A DNA stretch of 64,000 bases, taken from positions 2,720,001-2,784,000 of the forward strand of contig OZ219866.1 of NCBI GenBank assembly GCA_964291675.2, in the 5' to 3' direction. The notes beneath the pieces are model-generated. The model did not search any database and was not told where the DNA came from. It saw only the letters and a program-made list of their open reading frames with translations. The position numbers were made by a program, and so were the translations under genes. Positions 21,650 through 29,602 of this stretch are shown in pieces (within the stretch, counting starts at the first letter, position 1; each line of letters opens with the position of its first letter). The DNA is from Alphaproteobacteria bacterium. Lineage in GTDB: Bacteria > Pseudomonadota > Alphaproteobacteria > MPNO01.

Positions 21650-22372
21650 ATGTCCTATCTGATCCTCGTCATCGCGGTCGCCGTCGGCCTCTACCTCCTG
21701 GCCCGCGGGATCCAGGGCATCGACCCGAAGGTGCTGCTGCGCATCCTGAAATGGACTTTTGGGATCGTCGGGATCGCGCTGGCGACCTACCTGACGGTGA
21801 CGGGGCGCATCGCCTATGCGGCGATGATCGCCGCCGGCCTGCTGCCCATGCTGTTCCGCGCGCGGCGCATCGCCCAGACGGTGCGGAGCTTCGGCGGGCC
21901 GTCCCCCGGGCAGTCCTCCGATGTCGAGACCGCCTATCTGCGCATGACGCTCGACCACGATACCGGGGAGCTCCAGGGCACGGTGCTGGAGGGTCCGTTC
22001 CGCGGGCGGCTGGTCGAGGAGCTCAGCCTCGAGGAGCTGCTTGCGCTGCTGCGCGACTGCCGGGTCAACGATGCGCAGTCCGCCGAGCTGCTCGAATCCT
22101 ATCTCGACCGCATGCACGGCGCCGAGTGGCGCGGCGGCGACGGCGGCGCGCAAGGCGGCGGCGCGCAAGGCGGCGGCGCGGGACAGCCCGACGGGCGGCC
22201 GATGACGGTCGACGAAGCGTATGAGATCCTCGGCGTGCGCCGCGGTGCCGATGCGGACGAGATCCGCGACGCCCACCGCCGGCTCATGCTCAAGATCCAT
22301 CCCGACCAGGGCGGATCGACCTATCTCGCCGCCAAGATCAACCAGGCCAAGGAGGTGCTGCTCGGAAGCTGA
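21650..22372 (+). CDS. Membrane-anchored protein with C-terminal DnaJ (J) domain
   Basis: N-terminal TM helices; AYEILGV...HRRLMLKIHPDQGGS...INQAK. Confidence 0.88.
   Translation: MSYLILVIAVAVGLYLLARGIQGIDPKVLLRILKWTFGIVGIALATYLTVTGRIAYAAMIAAGLLPMLFRARRIAQTVRSFGGPSPGQSSDVETAYLRMTLDHDTGELQGTVLEGPFRGRLVEELSLEELLALLRDCRVNDAQSAELLESYLDRMHGAEWRGGDGGAQGGGAQGGGAGQPDGRPMTVDEAYEILGVRRGADADEIRDAHRRLMLKIHPDQGGSTYLAAKINQAKEVLLGS
22142..22180 (+). repeat. 15-bp tandem repeat (GGCGGCGCGCAAGGC x2.6) encoding GGAQG linker
   Basis: Read directly from sequence within the J-domain gene linker. Confidence 0.8.
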
Positions 22373-22438
22373 CCGCGCGCCGTACATGCGCGCGGCCGGG
22401 GACGGGGCGGCAAGCGGTTCAGCAGTAGAGGTGACGCC

Positions 22439-23764
22439 GTGCGCATCGGAATGGTCGGCGCGGGCTATGTCGGGCTCGTATCCGGCGCCTGCTTCTCGGA
22501 ATTCGGAATCGAAGTCGTCGTCGTCGACCGGGACGAGTCGAAGATCGCGAAGCTGCGCGCCGGCGAGTTGCCGATCTACGAGCCGGGCCTGGCGGCTCTG
22601 GCCGAGTCGAACGTGAAGGCGGGCCGGCTTTGCTTCACCACCGATACCGCGCTCGCCGTCGCCGGTTCGGATGCGGTGTTCATCGCCGTCGGAACCCCCG
22701 GCCGCCACGGCGACGGCGCGGCCGATCTCGACAATGTCCGCGACGCCGTCACCGGTGTCGCCCGCTGTCTCGACGGCGGCTACACCGTCGTGGTGATGAA
22801 ATCGACGGTCCCCGTCGGCACCGGGCGCGAGATGGCACGCCTGATGGCGCGGCATTGCGCGCCCGCCAGCTTCGACATCGCCTCCAACCCCGAGTTCCTG
22901 CGCGAGGGCTCGGCGATCGGCGATTTCATGCGCCCCGACCGGGTGGTGATCGGGGTCGAGAGCGAGCGGGCCGCCCGGGTGCTGCAGGCGGTCTATCGCC
23001 CGCTCTATCTGCTCGAGACGCCGGTGGTGCTCACCGCGCTGGAGACGGCGGAGATGATCAAATACGCCGCCAACGCGTTTCTCGCGACCAAGGTCACCTT
23101 CATCAACGAGATCGCCGATCTGTGCGAGAGGGTGGGCGCGGACGTGCAGGACGTGGCCCGCGGGATCGGGCTCGACGGACGAATCGGTGCCAAGTTTCTG
23201 CATGCCGGGCCGGGTTACGGCGGGTCCTGTCTGCCGAAGGACACGCGCGCGCTGGTGTCCCTCGCGCGGCGGGCCGGCGCGCCGGTGCGGATCGTCGAGG
23301 CGGTCATCGCCGCCAACGAGAGCCGCGCGGGGCGCATGATCGGCAAGATCGAGGCCGCCTGCGGCGGGTCGGTCGCGGGCAAGCGCGTGGCGGTGCTCGG
23401 GGTCACCTTCAAGCCCAATACCGACGATATCCGCGAGAGCCCGGGCCTCGGCATCCTGTCCGGGCTGCTCGACCGCGGGGCGGAAATCCGCGCCTTCGAT
23501 CCGCAGGGGATGGGCGCGGCCAAAAGCCTGTTCGAGGGCATCGCATGGTGCGACGACGCCTATGCCGCGATGGAGGACGCGGATTGTCTTGCCATCGTCA
23601 CCGAATGGAACGAGTTCCGCGCCCTCGACTTCGGACGGATCGGGCGCCTGATGAAGACGCCGGCGTTGGTCGACATGCGCAACATCTACGAGCTCGACGA
23701 CATGGAGGATGCCGCGTTCGACTATCTGAGCGTCGGGCGCAGGCGGATCGAAGGCGCCGCATGA
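22439..23764 (+). CDS. ugd: UDP-glucose 6-dehydrogenase
   Basis: GAGYVG, VGTP, KSTVPVGT, NPEFLREG, GYGGSCLPKD, FKPNTDDIRES. Confidence 0.95.
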   Translation: MRIGMVGAGYVGLVSGACFSEFGIEVVVVDRDESKIAKLRAGELPIYEPGLAALAESNVKAGRLCFTTDTALAVAGSDAVFIAVGTPGRHGDGAADLDNVRDAVTGVARCLDGGYTVVVMKSTVPVGTGREMARLMARHCAPASFDIASNPEFLREGSAIGDFMRPDRVVIGVESERAARVLQAVYRPLYLLETPVVLTALETAEMIKYAANAFLATKVTFINEIADLCERVGADVQDVARGIGLDGRIGAKFLHAGPGYGGSCLPKDTRALVSLARRAGAPVRIVEAVIAANESRAGRMIGKIEAACGGSVAGKRVAVLGVTFKPNTDDIRESPGLGILSGLLDRGAEIRAFDPQGMGAAKSLFEGIAWCDDAYAAMEDADCLAIVTEWNEFRALDFGRIGRLMKTPALVDMRNIYELDDMEDAAFDYLSVGRRRIEGAA

Positions 23765-25158
23765 GCGCGCGGCGGAGCGGCGCGGCGCGGGCGCTCGACC
23801 CGACGATCCTGCGCGCCTACGACATAAGGGGCATCGTCGGGAAGACGCTGTCGGAGGAAGATGCGACGGTGATCGGCCGCGCCTTCGGTACCGCAATCCG
23901 CGAGGACGGCGGCCGGAATGTCTGTGTCGGCTATGACGGACGGCTGCATTCCCCGGCGCTCGAAGCCGCCCTGGTCGACGGGCTGGAACGCACCGGGGCG
24001 TCCGTCATCCGCGTCGGGCTCGGCCCGACGCCGATGCTCTACTTCGCGGTGCGGTCGTTCGGGGCGGACGCCGGCGTCATGGTGTCGGGCTCGCACAACC
24101 CGCCCGACTACAACGGCTTCAAGCTGCTGACCGCCGCCGGGGCGTTCCACGGCGAGGACATCCAGCGCCTCGGCCGCATCGCCGCCGAGGGCGCGTTCGC
24201 CTCGGGCGCCGGGACCAGCGAGGACCGGCCGGCGCTGGAACCCTATGTCGAGCGGATCGCCGCGGATTTCGACGGCGCACGGCCGCTCAGGGTCGCCTGG
24301 GATGCGGGCAACGGCGCGGCCGGCGAAGCGATGCGGATGCTGTGCGACCGGCTGCCGGGCGCCCATGTGCTGCTGAACGAGGAGATCGACGGCCGGTTCC
24401 CCGCGCATCACCCCGACCCCGCGGTCGAGGACAATCTGCGCCAGCTCGTCCGCTGCGTCGCCGAGCAGGGCTGCGAGCTCGGCATCGCCTTCGACGGCGA
24501 CGGCGACCGGCTCGGCGTGGTCGACGGGGAGGGCCGCATCCTGTGGGGCGACCAGATCCTGATGCTGCTGGCGCGCGACATCCTCGGCCGGCTTCCCGGC
24601 GCGACCGTGATCGCCGACGTGAAGGCGAGCCAGACCCTGTTCGACGAAATCGCCCGGCTCGGCGGGGTGCCGCTGATGTGGCGCACCGGGCATTCGCTGA
24701 TCAAGGACAAGATGGCCGAGACCGGCGCGGCGCTGGCGGGCGAGATGAGCGGCCACATCTTCATCGCCGACGGCTATTACGGCTACGACGACGCGCTCTA
24801 TGCCGCGGTCAGGCTGCTCGGAGTCCTGTCGCGGTCGAAGGAGACGCTGGCCGGGATCCGCGACCGCCTGCCGGCGACGGTCGCCACGCCCGAGCTTCGC
24901 TTCGGCTGTCCGGACGCGCGCAAGTTCGCCGTCGTCGAGGAGATTCGCCGCCGGCTCCGCCGCGAGGGGGCCGAGATGAGCGAGGTCGACGGCGTCCGGG
25001 TGCGCACCGAGGACGGGTGGTGGCTGCTGCGGGCGTCGAACACCGAGGACGCGCTGGTCGCGCGCTGCGAGGCGGCGGACGGGGACGGGCTCGCCCGGCT
25101 CAGGGCGTCGCTGACGCGGCTGCTCGACGGATCTGGCATCGATGCCGGGGAGGTGTAG
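23761..25158 (+). CDS. Phosphomannomutase/phosphoglucomutase (AlgC/ExoC-like)
   Basis: ATG 23761; RAYDIRG, SGSHNP phospho-Ser, FDGDGDR, GEMSGH, RASNTE. Confidence 0.95.
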   Translation: MSARRSGAARALDPTILRAYDIRGIVGKTLSEEDATVIGRAFGTAIREDGGRNVCVGYDGRLHSPALEAALVDGLERTGASVIRVGLGPTPMLYFAVRSFGADAGVMVSGSHNPPDYNGFKLLTAAGAFHGEDIQRLGRIAAEGAFASGAGTSEDRPALEPYVERIAADFDGARPLRVAWDAGNGAAGEAMRMLCDRLPGAHVLLNEEIDGRFPAHHPDPAVEDNLRQLVRCVAEQGCELGIAFDGDGDRLGVVDGEGRILWGDQILMLLARDILGRLPGATVIADVKASQTLFDEIARLGGVPLMWRTGHSLIKDKMAETGAALAGEMSGHIFIADGYYGYDDALYAAVRLLGVLSRSKETLAGIRDRLPATVATPELRFGCPDARKFAVVEEIRRRLRREGAEMSEVDGVRVRTEDGWWLLRASNTEDALVARCEAADGDGLARLRASLTRLLDGSGIDAGEV

Positions 25159-25194
25159 ACTCCGCCCCTCGCTAGCGGATCGCGGAGGCCGGGG

Positions 25195-25926
25195 ATGAGC
25201 GCCGAAGTCGAAGCCCTGCTGCACGGGCTCAGGACGCACATGCCGGTGGCGCTCGCGCCCTTCGATGCGGCGGCGCAGCGCACCGGGCTGGTGATCGTCG
25301 ACGAGGTGAACGGCTTCGCCACCGTCGGCGCGGGGCCGCTCGCCCCGCCCGAGCCCAACCCGCAGGTCAGCCGCATGGTGGCCGAGACCGACCGGCTCGC
25401 GCGCCGCTTCGCCGCCGAAGGCTGGCCGATCGCCGCCTTCCTCGACACCCACATCCCGGGCAAGCCCGAGCCGCCCTATCCGCCCCACTGCGAGCGCGGC
25501 ACCGGGCAGGAGGAGCTGGTGCCGGAGCTCGCCTGGCTGCATGGCTGCGCGCAGGCGACGCTGATCGAGAAGGACTGCATCAACGGTTTCGTCGGCGCCA
25601 TCGACACAAGGGGCGGCGGCAACCGGATCGTCGACTGGGCGCGCGCCGGGCGCATCGAGTGCGCGCTGGTGGTCGGCATCTGCACCGATATCTGCGTGAT
25701 GGACTTCGTGCTGACCATGCTGTCGGCGCGCAATCACGGGCTGATGCCGGACCTCGTCGAGCTGGTGGTCTACGAGCCCGGCTGCGCCACCTACGGGCTC
25801 GACCGCGACGCCGCCGAAGCGCTGGGCCTGCCCGAGACGGCGTCGCACCCGCAGCCGCTCGCCCACCATCTCGGCCTCTACTTCATGGCCTCGCGCGGAG
25901 CCCGGCTGGCGTCGGAGGTCCGCTGA
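25195..25926 (+). CDS. Isochorismatase-family cysteine hydrolase (nicotinamidase-like)
   Basis: VDEVNGF, DTH, PPHC, EKDC, GICTDICV. Confidence 0.85.
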   Translation: MSAEVEALLHGLRTHMPVALAPFDAAAQRTGLVIVDEVNGFATVGAGPLAPPEPNPQVSRMVAETDRLARRFAAEGWPIAAFLDTHIPGKPEPPYPPHCERGTGQEELVPELAWLHGCAQATLIEKDCINGFVGAIDTRGGGNRIVDWARAGRIECALVVGICTDICVMDFVLTMLSARNHGLMPDLVELVVYEPGCATYGLDRDAAEALGLPETASHPQPLAHHLGLYFMASRGARLASEVR

Positions 25927-25939
25927 GGCCGCTCCCGCC

Positions 25940-26350
25940 TTGCGGTACTTCTTCTACGGCACGCTGCTCGACCCGGATGTGCGGGCGCGCATCCTGGGAG
26001 CGTGGATAGGTCGGCGGGACCTGCCCGCGGCGCGGCTTCCGGGTTACCGGCGGGTCTATATCCGCGGCCGGCACTACCCGGTCGTGGTCCCGGCCGCCGG
26101 GGAGGCGGTGGAGGGCGTGCTGGCCGCCGGGCTCGACCGCGGTGCCGTGCTCCGCCTTGCGCGCTTCGAGAGCGACGAATATGTAGACGCCGAGCGCACC
26201 GTCCTGGTCGAAGGCGGACGGGCGCTCAGGGCGCGTGTATTCGTCGCCGGCCCGCTCGCCCACCCGAGCGATACGCCGTGGACCGTCGAGGCCTGGCGGC
26301 GTCGCCACAAGGGCGCGTTCATGCGCCGTCACTGCGTTCCGTTCCGCTGA
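25940..26350 (+). CDS. Gamma-glutamylcyclotransferase (AIG2-like) family protein
   Basis: FFYGTL N-terminus, YP, VEG, FE..EY. Confidence 0.8.
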   Translation: MRYFFYGTLLDPDVRARILGAWIGRRDLPAARLPGYRRVYIRGRHYPVVVPAAGEAVEGVLAAGLDRGAVLRLARFESDEYVDAERTVLVEGGRALRARVFVAGPLAHPSDTPWTVEAWRRRHKGAFMRRHCVPFR

Positions 26351-26373
26351 ACGCCGGGCCGAGGGAGGAGCTG

Positions 26374-26766
26374 ATGGCTGGACCGAAAGTGATGAAGCAA
26401 GACGTGATGAAGGCCTGCGAGGGCATGCTGCAGAAGCAGCTCTACGTCGTCTTCACCACGCCGACGAACGGGCTCGGCCCGGTGATGGAGAATATCGGGC
26501 CGCATCTCGAATACCAGGTCTCGCTGGAGGCGCGCGGCATCATGTTCGGCGCCGGCCCGTTCTGGAACGACGACGAGACCGAGTGGCTGGGCGAGGGGAT
26601 GGTGATCGTCCGCGCCGCCAGCCTCGACGAGGCGAGGGAGATCGCCGCCGCCGACCCGATGCACTCCTCCGGCGCAAGGTCGTTCACGATCCGCCCGTGG
26701 CTGATGAACGAGGGCACGGTAACGGTGAAGATCCGCTACTCCGACGGCTCGCGCGAGGTGATCTGA
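26374..26766 (+). CDS. YciI family protein
   Basis: GGAGGAG RBS; HLEYQ, AGP, EAREIAAADPMH. Confidence 0.85.
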   Translation: MAGPKVMKQDVMKACEGMLQKQLYVVFTTPTNGLGPVMENIGPHLEYQVSLEARGIMFGAGPFWNDDETEWLGEGMVIVRAASLDEAREIAAADPMHSSGARSFTIRPWLMNEGTVTVKIRYSDGSREVI

Positions 26767-26843
26767 GGGTGGCGCCGGGCGTTGAAGACCCCGCCCGCCT
26801 CGCCTAAGTTGGGGCGGTGGGCAGCGCAGGGAGAGGTGCGCCG

Positions 26844-27521
26844 ATGGCGGACGCAGCGATGGAAAGCCCGGTTACCCTCGACGAGTACCGCGCCATGGAC
26901 ATGGCGCAGCGCCGCGAGGTCTGGCTCGAGATCTCCGACATCACCGAGGCCCAGTTCGACGCCCACATGGCGGAGCAGAAGGCGCGCGAGGCGGCGGTGC
27001 CGCGGGTCGGCTCGATGGCGCCCGATTTCGTCGCCGACCGGCTCGACCGCAACCGCAGGCGGACCGGCCGGCAAATGCGGCTTTCCGACTACCGGGGGAA
27101 GCCGGTGGCGATCGCCTTCGGCTCGTTCACCTGACCTCCGTTCCGCGGCAAGGCCGTGCGCCTTAACGAGCTCTACGCCAGCTACGGGGACCGGGTGGAG
27201 TTCTTCCTGATCTACATCCGCGAGGCCCACCCCGCCAATGGCTGGCAGGTGCCCAACAACCTGATCGAGGACGTGATCTACGACGAGCCGGTCACCGACG
27301 AGGAGCGCAGCGAAATCGCCTCGGCCTGCCAGCTCGCCCTCGATATCGGGATGCCGATGCTGGTCGACCGCATCGACAACCACGTCGAGGAGAAATATGT
27401 CGGCCTGCCGATGCGCCAGTTCCTGATCGACGCCGAGGGCAGGATCGCCTATGCCGGCGCCAAGGGGCCGTTCGGCTGGGACGACGAGGCGTTTGAGGAA
27501 GCGCTGAAGGCGCTCTTGTAG
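26844..27521 (+). CDS. Iodothyronine deiodinase-like (thioredoxin-fold) selenoprotein, in-frame TGA at 27132-27134 (Sec97), 225 aa
   Basis: ORFs 26817..27134 and 27156..27521 are in one frame; read-through gives APDF...FGSFT-U-PPFR...YIREAHPANGW...DRIDN...GPFG, the deiodinase signature set. Confidence 0.85.
27144..27158 (+). promoter_or_regulatory. Candidate bacterial SECIS hairpin
   Basis: CGCGGC-AAG-GCCGTG stem-loop beginning 9 nt after the TGA; position fits a bacterial SECIS, but the loop does not clearly match the consensus. Confidence 0.45.
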
Positions 27522-27543
27522 CGCCGCCGCCGGGGAGGGCGGA

Positions 27544-27720
27544 GTGCCGAATATCACGGTCTCGGAAGAGGTGCTGAAGAAGCTCCGCGCGCTCAGGCGA
27601 CCGGGCGAGATCACCGACGACCAGGTGCTGGAGCGCATCGTCGGCGAGGCGTCGGGCGAGCAGGAGAAGCGGCTCAGGGCCTACGAGGCGCAGGAGCAGG
27701 ACATCCAGTCGACCAACTGA
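27544..27720 (+). CDS. 58-aa ribbon-helix-helix/antitoxin-like small protein (not in ORF track)
   Basis: GGGGAGG RBS, GTG start; MPNITVSEEVLKKLRALRRPGEITDDQVLERIVGEASGEQEKRLRAYEAQEQDIQSTN; GC3-rich codons; fills the intergenic gap. Confidence 0.7.
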   Translation: MPNITVSEEVLKKLRALRRPGEITDDQVLERIVGEASGEQEKRLRAYEAQEQDIQSTN

Positions 27721-27726
27721 GCCCGC

Positions 27727-28674
27727 TCAGATCCCCGCCGAGGCGGCGACCAGGGTGTCGGTCTCCATGTCGTCGTCGCGCACCGCGCCGATCAGGTCGG
27801 TGACGCGGGCGATGCCGCGCGCCGCGCACCACGCCTCCAGGTCGTCGATGATCGCGGTCAGCGCGGTCGGGTTGCGGAACCCGGCATAGCCGATGCCGAC
27901 GCCGTGCGCGCCGGCCAGCATGTACTCGACCACGTCCTCCGCCTTGGTGACGCCGCCGATGCCGATCACCGGCACGGTGACCTCCTTGGCCACCTGGTAG
28001 ACCATCCTGAGCACGATCGGCTTGAGCGCCGGCGAGACCAGCCCGCCGAACTTGTTGCCGAGCGCCGGGCGGAAATTGTCGGTGCGGATCTTGAGCGACA
28101 GGAAGGTGTTGGCGATCACCAGCGCATCGGCGCCCGCCTCCTCGGCGGCGACGGCGATGGAGACGATGTCGCCGGCATTGGGCGACAGCTTGGCCCACAC
28201 CGGGTGGTCGGTGGCGGCGCGGATGTCGCGCATGACCTTCGCCGTGTGCTCCTCGTGCAGCGAGAAATTGCCGCCCGTCGCGTTGCGCGTCGGGCACGAG
28301 ATGTTGACCTCCAGCACGTCGATCTCGGGGACGCTCAGGATCGAGCACATCTCGGCGAACTCGTCCGCGGTCTCCGCCGAGATGCTGGCGATAAACGGCG
28401 GCGTGAACTTCTTGTATTCGGGGACGATGTGGTCGAGAAAGTAGTAGACGCCCTTGCCCGGCAGGCCGATCGACTGGATGATCCCGGCCTCGGTCTCGGC
28501 CATGCGCGGCGTCGGGTTGCCGTTGCGCGGCTCCTTGCAGATCGTCTTGGCGACCAGCCCGCCCAGCCGGTTGAGATCGATCACGTCGGCATATTCCCAG
28601 GAGAACGCGCCCGAGGCGGGCATCACCGGGTTGGCGAGGTCGACGTCGCCGATGCGGATCGAGAGGTCTACCAT
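27727..28674 (-). CDS. pyrD: Family 1B dihydroorotate dehydrogenase-like catalytic subunit (divergent active site)
   Basis: NPVMPASG, KT...GNPTPR, NISCP, KLSPN, IGIGGV; coupled to pyrK-like gene. Confidence 0.8.
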   Translation of the reverse strand: MVDLSIRIGDVDLANPVMPASGAFSWEYADVIDLNRLGGLVAKTICKEPRNGNPTPRMAETEAGIIQSIGLPGKGVYYFLDHIVPEYKKFTPPFIASISAETADEFAEMCSILSVPEIDVLEVNISCPTRNATGGNFSLHEEHTAKVMRDIRAATDHPVWAKLSPNAGDIVSIAVAAEEAGADALVIANTFLSLKIRTDNFRPALGNKFGGLVSPALKPIVLRMVYQVAKEVTVPVIGIGGVTKAEDVVEYMLAGAHGVGIGYAGFRNPTALTAIIDDLEAWCAARGIARVTDLIGAVRDDDMETDTLVAASAGI

Positions 28675-29540
28675 CCGACTGCCTCCTGGATGTCGAATAC
28701 CGGCCCTTCGCGGCACACCCGCTTGAGGACGCGCTTGCCGTCGACCTCGAAGGTGCGCACGCAGATGTAGCAGGCGCCGAGCGCGCAGCACATGAGCTGC
28801 TCCATCGCCACCTGGCCCGGAATGCCGTGCGCCGCGCCGAGCCGCTTCATCAGCATCAGCAGGCGGTTGGAGCCGCAGGTGAAGAAGGCGTCCGCCCTGC
28901 CGCCGGCGATCAGCCTTTCGATGACGGCCTCGACATTCTCCACCGCGCTGGAGCCGTCGCTGTCGACGACCTCGATCACCTCGGCGCCGAGATCGGCGAA
29001 GAAATCGCGCGACATCAGGAGCGCCGGCGTGCGCGCGCTCAGGATGGCGGTGATCCTGACATCGTGCTCGGCGGCGAGCTGGGAGAGCGGCGCCAGCGTC
29101 GCCAGGCCGACGCCGCGGCCGAGCACCACGATATGCTTCCAGCCGGGCTCCAGGCTGAAGCCGATGCCGAGCGGGCCGGCGATGTTGAACGCGCCGCCCG
29201 GTTGCAGCATCGACATGCCGAGCGTGCCGCGGCCCTCGCATTTGTACAAGAATTCGAGCCGTCCGCCGGGCCGGTCGATGCGGTAGATGCTCATCGGCCG
29301 GCGCATCCACACCTCGGCGCCGTCGGGCGTCGGGCAGAGCAAGTGGAAGAACTGCCCCGCCCGGGCGCCGAGCGCGCGTTCCGGCGCATCGAGCACCAGC
29401 AGCCGGTTGGACTCGTTCACCATGTCGTTGGAGACCACCCGGCACACGAACTCGCCCGCAACCCGGTCGGGATAGGGGTCGGGCTCGCCGAGGCGCACCG
29501 GCCTCGCGGTGTACTTGTCCGATGCGGTGAGGTCCTGCAT
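28668..29540 (-). CDS. pyrK: Dihydroorotate dehydrogenase electron-transfer subunit (FAD, [2Fe-2S])
   Basis: GQFF, RRPMSI, GPLG, GRGVGLA, CGS, MCCALGACYICV...C, GPVF. Confidence 0.85.
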   Translation of the reverse strand: MQDLTASDKYTARPVRLGEPDPYPDRVAGEFVCRVVSNDMVNESNRLLVLDAPERALGARAGQFFHLLCPTPDGAEVWMRRPMSIYRIDRPGGRLEFLYKCEGRGTLGMSMLQPGGAFNIAGPLGIGFSLEPGWKHIVVLGRGVGLATLAPLSQLAAEHDVRITAILSARTPALLMSRDFFADLGAEVIEVVDSDGSSAVENVEAVIERLIAGGRADAFFTCGSNRLLMLMKRLGAAHGIPGQVAMEQLMCCALGACYICVRTFEVDGKRVLKRVCREGPVFDIQEAVGW

Positions 29541-29558
29541 TGGCCGCAGCTTACCTCG

Positions 29559-29602
29559 CGGTCGTACAAAAATAAAGAAGAATCCCAAATTTGGTACGCT
29601 CA
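29559..29602. promoter_or_regulatory. Two GntR/FadR-like operator sites upstream of the pyrK-like gene
   Basis: CGGTCGTACAA (29559-29569) and TTTGGTACGCTCA (29590-29602) flanking an AT-rich stretch. Confidence 0.4.

Noticed and set aside
27156-27521. Independent 121-aa gene starting at GTG 27156
   Set aside because: No RBS, and it begins mid-fold just after the catalytic motif; better explained as the 3' half of the UGA read-through gene
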